From: an uncultured Bacteroidales bacterium
GTDB lineage: Bacteria > Bacteroidota > Bacteroidia > Bacteroidales > Bacteroidaceae
DNA length: 64,000 bases
Direction: 5' to 3'
Assembly: GCA_902770725.1 (NCBI GenBank)
Contig: CACXUA010000001.1
Coordinates: 300 to 64,299, forward strand
Part shown: positions 42,487-50,820 of the stretch, one piece after another
How positions within the stretch are numbered: the stretch's first letter is position 1
Layout: the number at the start of each line of letters is the position of its first letter
Notes under the pieces: generated by a model
Told to the model about the DNA's origin: nothing
What the model saw: only the letters and a program-made list of their open reading frames with translations
Database searches by the model: none
Translations under genes and position numbers: made by a program

Positions 42487-44424
42487 ATGAAGCAAAGACT
42501 CCTTTTCCTGTTGGCAATAGTGCTTGTGCCAACCCTGCGAATGAGTGCACAGAAAGTGCAAACTCTAACTTCACCCGATGGAAAAATCCGCATCGAAGTG
42601 TCTGTAGGTGACCAACTTACCTATAGCGCTTTCTTCGCCGACGAGCAAATCCTGAAGGACTGCCCACTCTCTCTGCAGGTAGGTAAAGAGGAGTTTGGGG
42701 CAAAACCCAAGCTGAGCAGCACCAAACGCACTAAGATAGACGAGGTGATCAGGCCTGTCGTGCCCTTGAAGTACGCTGAGGTCCCCAACAAAGCCAACCA
42801 GCTGACGCTCTCGTTCAAGGGCGGCATCTCGGTTGATTTCCGTGCCTACGACAACGGCATCGCCTATCGTTTCGGCATCAACAAGGGCAAGGGACAGGTC
42901 GATGTCGTGAACGAAGGTGTGGCGCTCAACCTGCCGGATGTCTTCACGGCTCATGTCTCGAAGACGCGTAGCTTCAAGACATCTTACGAAAACTCCTATA
43001 CGCACATCTCCACGGCCGAGTATAAGGCTGACGACGAGATGACCTATCTGCCCATCCTCCTCGAGAGTCCGAAGGGAACGATGGTGCTCTTCTCGGAAAG
43101 CGACGTACGCGACTACCCCCATCTCTTCCTAAAGCCCACCGACGGCAACGCCTTCACATCGACCTTCCCAAAGTCTCCCGAGACATGGGAACCTCGCGGG
43201 GATCGTAGTTGGACCATCACGAAGGAGCGCGACTGCATTGCCCGAACTGATGGCCAGCGCACACTTCCCTGGCGCTTCGCCGTCATTGGCTCGGATGCCA
43301 CGATTGCCGGCAACCAGATGGAGGTCGTGCTTGGCGGCAAATGCGAACTGGATGACACGTCTTGGATAAAGCCCGGCCAGGTCAACTGGGACTGGTGGAA
43401 TCACTGGACGGTCTGGGGCGTGGACTTCGAGTCGGGCATCAACAACGACACTTACAAGTATATTATCGACTGCGCCTCGAAGTATGGTGTGGAATATGTC
43501 CTGCTCGACGAGGGCTGGAACAAACGTGTGCAAGACCCCTTCACCACGCGCGATGAGATCGACGTCAAGGAACTCGTCGAGTATGGTGCCAAGAAGAATG
43601 TAGGCATCGTGCTCTGGCTGTCGTGGCTCACGGTAGAGCGCAACATGAACCTCATCCCGTTCTATGCCCAGATGGGCGTGAAGGCATTGAAGGTTGACTT
43701 CATGGACCACAGCGATCAATGGATGGTGAACTTCTACGAAAGGGTGGCTCGTGAGTGCGCCACGAACAAGCTTTTGATTGACTATCACGGGTCGTTCAAA
43801 CCATCCGGCATGGAGCAGCGACTGCCCAACCTCATCAGCTACGAAGGTGTTCGCGGCCTCGAACAGGGTGGCGGCTGCAAACCTGAGAACAGCATCTGGC
43901 TTCCCTTTATGCGCAATGCAGTAGGTCCGATGGACTTCACGCCAGGTGCTATGCACAATGCCCAGCCCGAGGACAACAGGGGCTCTGGCTCTCTTCCTAT
44001 GGGAGGCGGCACTCGTGCCTATCAGATGGCGCTTTATGTCTGCTTCGAGAGCGGTGTGCAGATGCTGGCCGACAGTCCTTCGCGCTACCTTCGCGAAGAC
44101 GAGTGCACCCGTTTCATCGCATCGGTTCCCACGACTTGGGACGATACCCGCATCCTCGCAGCCAAGGCCGGCGACTATTATGTCGTGGCAAAGCGCAAAG
44201 GCAGCAAGTGGTTCATCGGTGCCATGACTGGCGACAAGGCACAGGATATAGACATTTCCCTCGATTTCATCGGTAAAAATGGACATCTCACTTACTTCCA
44301 GGATGGTCGAAATGCCCATCGAATTGCCGTCGATTACAAGCGTGGGGAACAAGACGTAACACCTCAAACCAAGCTTCGTCTGCACCTCGTCCGCAATGGT
44401 GGCTGGTGCGGAGTGGTAGAGTAA
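42487..44424 (+). CDS. glycoside hydrolase family 97 (SusB-like alpha-glucosidase/galactosidase)
   Basis: Signal peptide and the motifs VNWDWWN, GVEYVLLDEGW, KVDFMDHSDQWMVNFYERVA and LIDYHGSFKPSG...SYEGVRGLE. Confidence 0.85.
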   Translation: MKQRLLFLLAIVLVPTLRMSAQKVQTLTSPDGKIRIEVSVGDQLTYSAFFADEQILKDCPLSLQVGKEEFGAKPKLSSTKRTKIDEVIRPVVPLKYAEVPNKANQLTLSFKGGISVDFRAYDNGIAYRFGINKGKGQVDVVNEGVALNLPDVFTAHVSKTRSFKTSYENSYTHISTAEYKADDEMTYLPILLESPKGTMVLFSESDVRDYPHLFLKPTDGNAFTSTFPKSPETWEPRGDRSWTITKERDCIARTDGQRTLPWRFAVIGSDATIAGNQMEVVLGGKCELDDTSWIKPGQVNWDWWNHWTVWGVDFESGINNDTYKYIIDCASKYGVEYVLLDEGWNKRVQDPFTTRDEIDVKELVEYGAKKNVGIVLWLSWLTVERNMNLIPFYAQMGVKALKVDFMDHSDQWMVNFYERVARECATNKLLIDYHGSFKPSGMEQRLPNLISYEGVRGLEQGGGCKPENSIWLPFMRNAVGPMDFTPGAMHNAQPEDNRGSGSLPMGGGTRAYQMALYVCFESGVQMLADSPSRYLREDECTRFIASVPTTWDDTRILAAKAGDYYVVAKRKGSKWFIGAMTGDKAQDIDISLDFIGKNGHLTYFQDGRNAHRIAVDYKRGEQDVTPQTKLRLHLVRNGGWCGVVE

Positions 44425-44438
44425 AAGCCAGGAACGAT

Positions 44439-45392
44439 ATGATACTGAAAGGAAGATTTACAGCCTCGGAGCATCGGTACGACGATGAAGGCTTCTATGC
44501 TCGATGCGGACGAAGTGGTGTGCTGCTGCCGAAGGTCAGTCTGGGCTTCTGGCACAACTTCGGGGGCGTTGACCCTTACGAGCGGAGTCGCGCCATCACG
44601 CACTATGCCTTCGACAATGGCATTACCCATTTTGACCTTGCCAACAACTATGGACCGCCTTACGGAAGTGCCGAGGAGACGATGGGTCGCCTCATGGACG
44701 ACGACTTCCGCCCCTATCGCGATGAGCTTTTCATAAGCAGCAAAGCCGGCTACGATATGTGGCCTGGACCTTACGGCAACTGGGGCTCGCGCAAGTACCT
44801 CATGGCCAGCCTCGACCAAAGCCTGCAACGTATGCATCTCGATTATGTTGACCTCTTCTACAGCCACAGGCTCGATCCCTTGACCCCATTGGAGGAGACC
44901 CTGCAGGCTCTGGTCGATATTGTCCGTCAAGGCAAGGTGCTCTATGTGGGCATCTCAAACTGGCCACTCGAGCAGCTGAAGGTAGGCGAACGTTACCTAC
45001 GCGAACACGATGTGCCCTTGCTGATTTATCAGGGAAGGCTCAATATGATAGACAAAAAGCCGATGGAATCGGGCATTTTGGACTTCTGTAAGGAACGAGG
45101 CATTGGCTTCATTGCCTTCTCTCCCCTGGCCCAGGGACTACTCACAGACCGTTACCTGAACGGCATTCCTGACGACTCCAGAATGGCAAAGGAACGCACG
45201 CTGAAGTCCGAACGACTGACTCCAGAACTGCTGAGCTATGTGCAGGATTTGCGCGCTAAGGCTGAGGCAAAGGGACAAAGCACCAGTGAGGCTGCCCTAA
45301 GATGGGTGCTTGAACAAGAAGGTGTTACATCGGTTCTCATCGGTGCCAGCTCGGTAGCACAACTCGAGTCGAACCTTAGGTGTGCAAGGTAA
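44439..45392 (+). CDS. aldo/keto reductase, YghZ (L-glyceraldehyde-3-phosphate reductase)-like
   Basis: ITHFDLANNYGPPYGSAEE...ISSKAGYDMWPGPYGNWGSRKYLMASLDQSLQRMHLDYVDLFYSHR is close to colinear with E. coli YghZ. Confidence 0.88.
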   Translation: MILKGRFTASEHRYDDEGFYARCGRSGVLLPKVSLGFWHNFGGVDPYERSRAITHYAFDNGITHFDLANNYGPPYGSAEETMGRLMDDDFRPYRDELFISSKAGYDMWPGPYGNWGSRKYLMASLDQSLQRMHLDYVDLFYSHRLDPLTPLEETLQALVDIVRQGKVLYVGISNWPLEQLKVGERYLREHDVPLLIYQGRLNMIDKKPMESGILDFCKERGIGFIAFSPLAQGLLTDRYLNGIPDDSRMAKERTLKSERLTPELLSYVQDLRAKAEAKGQSTSEAALRWVLEQEGVTSVLIGASSVAQLESNLRCAR

Positions 45393-45411
45393 GAAAGGCT
45401 GATTACCCTTC

Positions 45412-46662
45412 CTAAAACATTTGCTTGACGCGCTTTATGCCCTCGACCAGCGCGTCCACATCTTTGCAACTGTTGTACAAGGCAAAGCTGGCACGGCATG
45501 TTCCCTCTATGCCCAGCCGCCGCATGAGTGGTTCGGCACAATGATGGCCTGTGCGAACGGCTATGCCGAGACGGTCGAGTAGGGTTCCCATATCGAGATG
45601 GTGGATGTTGCCGACCTGGAGGGAGATAACGGCATCATGTAGGCTCACCTCTTTCGGCCCGTAAATCTTCATGCCTTCCACTTCCATAAGTCGTTGCATG
45701 GCATAAGCCGTCAAGTCGCGCTCATGGGCTTGGATGGCGTCGAAGCCAATCGAAGTGACAAAGTCGAGTGCCTGTGCCAGGCCAGTTGATGCGACATAAT
45801 CGGGTGTGCCGGCTTCGAACTTGTAGGGCAAATCATTGAAAGTCGTCTTTTCGAAGCTAACGGTCTTTATCATCTCGCCGCCTCCCATATATGGTGGAAT
45901 GCGGTCGAGCCACTCTTCCTTGCCGTAGAGAACGCCGATGCCGGTTGGTCCGTAAATCTTGTGACCACTGAAGGCAAAGAAATCACAGCCAAGTTCCTGA
46001 ACATCGATGGGCATGTGAGGTGTGCTCTGAGCACCGTCGATGAGGACAGGAACGCCGTGTTCGTGGGCAATTCTGATGATGTCCTTGACGGGATTTATCG
46101 TGCCGAGAACGTTGCTGACGTGTGTGATGCTGACAATCTTGGTGCGTTCGTTGAAGAGTTTCTCGTACTCATCCATCTTGAGCAGGCCGTCGTCGGTAAT
46201 GGGGACAATACGTAGCCGTATGCCACTTCGGGCTTGCAGGAGTTGCCACGAAACGATGTTGCTGTGGTGCTCCATCTCGCTGAGGATGACTTCGTCGCCT
46301 TCCTTCATGAAAGCCTGACCGAAGCAAGATGCCACGAGATTAATGCTCTCCGTCGTTCCGCGAGTAAAGACAATCTCCGTCGTGCTGCGTGCATTGAGGA
46401 ATCGACGCACGGTCTCCCTGGAAGCTTCGTGTAGGTCAGTGGCTTGTTGGGAGAGGAAATGCACACCGCGATGCACGTTGGCATTGACGTTGTAGTATTC
46501 CTCCGTCATAGCCTCGACGACCTGTCTGGGCTTTTGCGTCGTCGCAGCATTGTCGAGATAGACCAAGGGGTACTTCCCGTAAATGACCTTACCCAGGATG
46601 GGGAAAGCACTTCGCCATTCCTTTTCCCTTGTTGGGAGACTATCTACTTGCATAGTTTGCAT
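45412..46662 (-). CDS. sufS: cysteine desulfurase SufS (class V aminotransferase)
   Basis: Motifs LDNAATTQKP, HKIYGPTGIGVLYGK (PLP lysine) and RTGHHCAEPLM (catalytic Cys). The start is at 46662 or 46653, overlapping the sufD end. The ORF-track start at 46872 is an artefactual extension. Confidence 0.92.
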   Translation of the reverse strand: MQTMQVDSLPTREKEWRSAFPILGKVIYGKYPLVYLDNAATTQKPRQVVEAMTEEYYNVNANVHRGVHFLSQQATDLHEASRETVRRFLNARSTTEIVFTRGTTESINLVASCFGQAFMKEGDEVILSEMEHHSNIVSWQLLQARSGIRLRIVPITDDGLLKMDEYEKLFNERTKIVSITHVSNVLGTINPVKDIIRIAHEHGVPVLIDGAQSTPHMPIDVQELGCDFFAFSGHKIYGPTGIGVLYGKEEWLDRIPPYMGGGEMIKTVSFEKTTFNDLPYKFEAGTPDYVASTGLAQALDFVTSIGFDAIQAHERDLTAYAMQRLMEVEGMKIYGPKEVSLHDAVISLQVGNIHHLDMGTLLDRLGIAVRTGHHCAEPLMRRLGIEGTCRASFALYNSCKDVDALVEGIKRVKQMF

Positions 46663-47861
46663 CCTTCGCACTTGCTTAATTCGCCCCTCAAACGCTTGTC
46701 CACCAAGACATGAAGGCGGTCGCGAAGCGATTCGAGGGGAATGGTTTCGATGACTTCGGTGATGAACGCAGCCTTGAGCAACAAGCGGGCTTCCTTCTCG
46801 TCGATGCCTCTTTGACGCATGTAGAACAGAGCCGCTTCGTCCATTTGGCCGACGGTGCTGCCGTGGCTGCATTGCACGTCGTCAGCATAAATCTCGAGCA
46901 TTGGCTGAGAATACATGCGGGCCGAACTCGTGGCACACAGGTTAGCGTTCGTTTCTTTGCTCGACGTCTTCTGAGCACCCTCGCGAACCAACACCTTTCC
47001 GGCAAAGGCTCCGACTGCACTATCGTCGAGGACGTACTTATACAGCTCGCTCGATTGACAAGCGGGAACTTGGTGGTCGATGAGTGTGTTGTTGTCCACG
47101 CGTTGCATCTTGTCGGCAATGATACAGCCATTGGCTGTCACCTCGCTTCCCTCGCCTTGCAAAAGGACATCGAGCCGGTTGCGAGTGTGACCATTGAAGA
47201 GCGTCAGATTGGTGTGGTGAAGACTGCTGTCCCTGCCTTGCTGCACGAAAACGCTGTTGTAGCGGGTGCAGAGCAGATGCGTCTCCTCTATCTCATAGAG
47301 GTTGAGGTGCGAGCCGTCCTTCATTACGACCTCAATCACTTGGTTTGTCAGGAAACGGCTTTGTGAGGCAGCTCGGTCAGTGATGATGATGTCGGCCTCA
47401 GCCTGCTCTTCCATCACGACGAGGATGCGACGGCTCACCATCGTGTCTTGGTCGCCCTTCAAGATGTTGCTGATTTGTATGGGATGCTCAACGCGAATGC
47501 CTTTTGGAACATGCACGACGAGTGTATCGACGCAGAGCATCGTATTGAGTGCCACAATGCTGTCGGTCGCATCGGCTACCTTATTATATAATACGCGCGC
47601 GTGAGAGTCGGCTTCAGCAATGCGGAAGCAGTAGGGTGGGAGCGGTCCTGTCAGCGGTGTCAGCGCAATACCATAGTTGGGCGAGAAGTCTGCATCGACC
47701 TTCGCATAGCGGTAGCGTTCCACTTTCTGCGAGGGAAAACCCTTTGCGGAAAATGTCTCGAAGGCCGACTCACGCTGCTCGTTCATCTCAGCACAGCTGC
47801 GACGGCCAATCGTTTCCTGCACCTCCTGATAGAAGTCTATGTATTGCTTTTCAGCTTTCAT
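46644..47861 (-). CDS. sufD: Fe-S cluster assembly protein SufD
   Basis: It sits between sufC and sufS. The C-terminal pattern SRMYSQPMLEIYADDVQCSHGSTVGQMDEAALFYMRQRGI is typical of SufB/D. Confidence 0.9.
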   Translation of the reverse strand: MKAEKQYIDFYQEVQETIGRRSCAEMNEQRESAFETFSAKGFPSQKVERYRYAKVDADFSPNYGIALTPLTGPLPPYCFRIAEADSHARVLYNKVADATDSIVALNTMLCVDTLVVHVPKGIRVEHPIQISNILKGDQDTMVSRRILVVMEEQAEADIIITDRAASQSRFLTNQVIEVVMKDGSHLNLYEIEETHLLCTRYNSVFVQQGRDSSLHHTNLTLFNGHTRNRLDVLLQGEGSEVTANGCIIADKMQRVDNNTLIDHQVPACQSSELYKYVLDDSAVGAFAGKVLVREGAQKTSSKETNANLCATSSARMYSQPMLEIYADDVQCSHGSTVGQMDEAALFYMRQRGIDEKEARLLLKAAFITEVIETIPLESLRDRLHVLVDKRLRGELSKCEGCKLCK

Positions 47862-47870
47862 CGTCTTTCG

Positions 47871-47894
47871 TTATTACGTTATTACGTTATAACG
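47871..47894. repeat. octamer tandem repeat (TTATTACG)2 TTATAACG in the sufC-sufD junction
   Basis: Direct reading; the array overlaps the sufC stop codon. Confidence 0.9.
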
Positions 47895-48654
47895 GGGTAA
47901 CGCTGTTCCCTATCTCAGCCTTTATCCAGTCGAAGCCTTTGTTTTCAATCTCGATGGCAAGTTCGGGGCCGCCAGTCTTGACGATGCGTCCGTCGATGAG
48001 TACATGTACGACATCCGGCTTCAGATAGTCAAGCAAGCGTTGGTAGTGGGTGATGACGATGGCGCTCGATTCGGGACGACGCAGCTTGTTGAAGCCTTCG
48101 GCCACTATCCTGAGCGCATCCACATCGAGTCCGCTATCCGTCTCATCCAAGATGGTCAGGGTCGGTTCGAGCATAGCCATTTGGAATATCTCGTTGCGCT
48201 TCTTCTCACCACCCGAGAAACCTTCGTTCACGCTACGGCTTGTGAGCTTGCTGTCGAGCTCCACAATCGAGCGCTTCTCCCTCATAAGTTTGAGGAAGTC
48301 ACCAGCCGGCATGGGTTCCAAGCCCTGGTATTTGCGCTTGGCATTCAGGGCGGCACGCATGAAATTGACCATCGAAACGCCAGGTATCTCTACCGGTTGC
48401 TGGAAGCTCAGGAAGATGCCTTCGTGAGCGCGCTCTTCCGGTTTGAGCGAGAGCAAGTCCTTGCCGTTCCAAGTAATGCTACCCTCAGTCACTTCGTAGG
48501 CAGGATGGCCGACGATGACGTTGGAGAGCGTGCTCTTGCCTGCGCCGTTGAGTCCCATCACGGCATGAATCTCGCCATCTTTGACGGTCAGGCTGATGCC
48601 TTTCAGTATTTCTTTGCCATTGATGCTGGCATGTAGATTCTCTATCTGTAACAT
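47887..48654 (-). CDS. sufC: Fe-S cluster assembly ATPase SufC
   Basis: Walker A GLNGAGKST, ABC signature FSGGEKKRNEI and Walker B LTILDETDSGLD. Confidence 0.96.
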   Translation of the reverse strand: MLQIENLHASINGKEILKGISLTVKDGEIHAVMGLNGAGKSTLSNVIVGHPAYEVTEGSITWNGKDLLSLKPEERAHEGIFLSFQQPVEIPGVSMVNFMRAALNAKRKYQGLEPMPAGDFLKLMREKRSIVELDSKLTSRSVNEGFSGGEKKRNEIFQMAMLEPTLTILDETDSGLDVDALRIVAEGFNKLRRPESSAIVITHYQRLLDYLKPDVVHVLIDGRIVKTGGPELAIEIENKGFDWIKAEIGNSVTPL

Positions 48655-48658
48655 TGCT

Positions 48659-48690
48659 TTAATCCCTAATCCTTAATCTTTAATCCTTAG
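48659..48690. repeat. heptamer microsatellite (TAATCYY)x4 in the sufB-sufC junction
   Basis: The sequence ttaatccctaatccttaatctttaatccttag reads GGATTAAAGATTAAGGATTAGGGATTAA on the coding strand, directly upstream of the sufC ATG. Confidence 0.95.
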
Positions 48691-50132
48691 CCCACACTGC
48701 CTTCCAGACTGACGCCAAGCAGTTTCTGTGCCTCGACGGCAAATTCCATTGGCAGCTTGTTGATGACCTCCTTGGCATAGCCATTCACGATGAGCGAGAC
48801 GGCTTCCTCGGTCGAGATGCCGCGCTGGTTGCAGTAGAAGAGCTGATCCTCGCTGATTTTGCTGGTCGTTGCTTCGTGCTCGACGACTGCCGTATCGTTG
48901 TGGACGTCCATATATGGGAAGGTATGAGCGCCGCAATGACTGCCCAAGAGAAGCGAGTCGCAGCTGCTGTAGTTGCGGGCTCCGTCGGCTGTGGAGGCCA
49001 CCTTGACGAGGCCTCGGTAAGCGTTCTGGCTCTTGCCTGCACTGATGCCTTTGCTGATGATGGTGCTCTTGGTGTTGCGGCCGATGTGAATCATCTTCGT
49101 GCCCGTATCGGCTTGCTGGTAGTTGTTGGTGACAGCCACGCTGTAGAACTCAGCCTGACTGCCTTCGCCACTCAGAACGCAGCTGGGATACTTCCATGTA
49201 ATGGCACTTCCCGTCTCAACCTGAGTCCACGAGAGTCGGCTGTTGGCACCGCGAAGATGACCGCGTTTCGTGACCAGATTGAGCACACCTCCCTTGCCTT
49301 CGCTATCGCCTGGATACCAGTTCTGCACCGTCGAGTACTTGACTTCTGCCCGCTCCTTCACAACGATCTCGACGATGGCAGCGTGGAGCTGGTTCTCGTC
49401 TCGCATAGGAGCCGTGCAGCCCTCCAAGTATGAGACGTAGGCATCGTCGTCGCAAACGATGAGCGTCCGCTCGAACTGACCTGTACCGCGAGCATTGATG
49501 CGGAAGTACGTGCTGAGTTCCATCGGACAGCGCACGCCTTTTGGGATATAGACGAACGAGCCGTCGCTGAAGACTGCGGAGTTGAGTGCTGCGAAGAAAT
49601 TGTCTTTGTAGGGAACGACGCTGCCCAAGTATTCGCGCACCAAGTCGGGGTGCTCGCGGACAGCCTCGCTGATGGAGCAGAAGATGATGCCTTTCTCTTG
49701 GAGTTTCTCGCGGAAGGTTGTCTTGACGCTCACCGAGTCCATCACAGCATCGACGGCAGTTCCGGCCAGAGCCATACGCTCTTCCAAAGGTATTCCCAGT
49801 TTGTCGAAGGTCTTCATCAGTTCAGGGTCAATATCGCCCGTACCTTGTTTCTTCTTCTGCGTCGGGTCAGCATAGTAGCTGATAGCTTGGTAGTCGATGG
49901 GAGGCATCTTGAGGTGTCCCCAAGTGGGTTGCTCCAGCGTGAGCCAGTAGCGGAAAGCATTCAGTCGGAACTGGAGGAGCCAATCGGGCTCGCCTTTCTT
50001 CTGAGAGATGAGGCGCACGACGTCTTCCGACAGACCCTTCTCGATGATGTCTGTCTCGACATTGGTGGTGAAGCCGTACTCGTACTTCTTCTCCGCCACT
50101 TCGCGCACAAAACTGTTCTTATCGTTTCCCAT
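48687..50132 (-). CDS. sufB: Fe-S cluster assembly protein SufB
   Basis: Starting at [21 protein letters not shown], the protein is colinear with SufB, including a conserved C-terminal half. The upstream 63 codons of the ORF-track call run through the 22-bp repeat array and are rejected. Confidence 0.93.
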   Translation of the reverse strand: MGNDKNSFVREVAEKKYEYGFTTNVETDIIEKGLSEDVVRLISQKKGEPDWLLQFRLNAFRYWLTLEQPTWGHLKMPPIDYQAISYYADPTQKKKQGTGDIDPELMKTFDKLGIPLEERMALAGTAVDAVMDSVSVKTTFREKLQEKGIIFCSISEAVREHPDLVREYLGSVVPYKDNFFAALNSAVFSDGSFVYIPKGVRCPMELSTYFRINARGTGQFERTLIVCDDDAYVSYLEGCTAPMRDENQLHAAIVEIVVKERAEVKYSTVQNWYPGDSEGKGGVLNLVTKRGHLRGANSRLSWTQVETGSAITWKYPSCVLSGEGSQAEFYSVAVTNNYQQADTGTKMIHIGRNTKSTIISKGISAGKSQNAYRGLVKVASTADGARNYSSCDSLLLGSHCGAHTFPYMDVHNDTAVVEHEATTSKISEDQLFYCNQRGISTEEAVSLIVNGYAKEVINKLPMEFAVEAQKLLGVSLEGSVG

Positions 50133-50145
50133 TCTCCAATTCCTT

Positions 50146-50724
50146 TTACACAGATGTGTCGATAAACGCGGCACGCCGCGTTGGCAGATTCGGCACGCCG
50201 CGTTGGTTGATTCGGCACGCCGCGTTGGCAGATTCGGCACGCCGCGTTGACTCCCCCTCTGTTTCTCTGCATAAGACGTTGTTGTAGATGAATTCGGGGA
50301 AGGCTTTGAGCGGGCCTGCAAGACGCGACTCCTGCATCATCTCTTCCTTAATCAGGTTCATCGACGAGAAGAGCCAGATGAAGGCTCCAAGCACGAGGGC
50401 ATACTTCACAACGCCAAAAAGCCCGCCAAGCAGCCTGTTGACCAGCCCCGTCAGAATCAGCTTGTCCAGGAGCGACGTAAGCATCGAGGCGATGAGCTTC
50501 GCCACAATCGGAACCATAATCCAGATGAGTACGAACGCCACAACCTTGCAGACGCTTGGCATCGACAGGAAGCCTGCTAGCACTTCGCCCAACTGCTCGT
50601 AGTACATGCTGGCTATGACGAAACCCATCACGAAAGCGACAAGCGAGATAAGCTGCTTGATAGCCCCCGAAATGAGTCCCATGACAAACCCAACAGCCAA
50701 CAGAATGAGCAGAAGAAGATCCAT
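50146..50724 (-). CDS. cvpA: CvpA-family membrane protein (colicin V production protein homologue)
   Basis: Four hydrophobic segments starting [25 protein letters not shown]. The last roughly 35 codons are encoded by the 22-bp repeat array, so the natural C-terminus is uncertain. Confidence 0.75.
   Translation of the reverse strand: MDLLLLILLAVGFVMGLISGAIKQLISLVAFVMGFVIASMYYEQLGEVLAGFLSMPSVCKVVAFVLIWIMVPIVAKLIASMLTSLLDKLILTGLVNRLLGGLFGVVKYALVLGAFIWLFSSMNLIKEEMMQESRLAGPLKAFPEFIYNNVLCRETEGESTRRAESANAACRINQRGVPNLPTRRAAFIDTSV
50169..50250. repeat. GC-rich 22-bp tandem repeat x4 (CGGCACGCCGCGTTGGYWGATT)
   Basis: Units start at 50169, 50191, 50213 and 50235 (the last is truncated). The array sits between the cvpA body and the sufB start. 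Confidence 0.95.
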
Positions 50725-50727
50725 GTG

Positions 50728-50819
50728 TTAGTTCATAGTTCATAGTCCATAGTTATAGGTCCAAGTTGTGTTGCATCTGTCCTGTCCAAGGCGAAGCCCA
50801 ACTATGAACTATGAACTAA
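50728..50819. repeat. perfect 19-bp inverted repeat built from heptamer tracts (50728-50746 / 50801-50819)
   Basis: TTAGTTCATAGTTCATAGT and ACTATGAACTATGAACTAA are separated by 54 nt and fill the infB-cvpA spacer. Confidence 0.95.
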
Positions 50820-50820
50820 T

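Noticed and set aside
45412-46872. N-terminal extensions in the ORF track for sufS (to 46872), sufB (to 50321), birA (from 61572), the nucleotidyltransferase (to 56405), corA (from 27511), the Omp28-like gene (from 19183), rsfS (to 27122) and the aldo-keto reductase (from 44406).
   Set aside because: The extensions overlap the preceding gene, run through repeat arrays or lie upstream of the mapped -7 box. Homology-like sequence begins only at the internal ATGs that I used.
50169-50250. Mini CRISPR-like array (regular 22-bp repeats).
   Set aside because: The repeats are contiguous with no spacers, there are only 4 units, and there are no cas genes. This is a plain tandem repeat.
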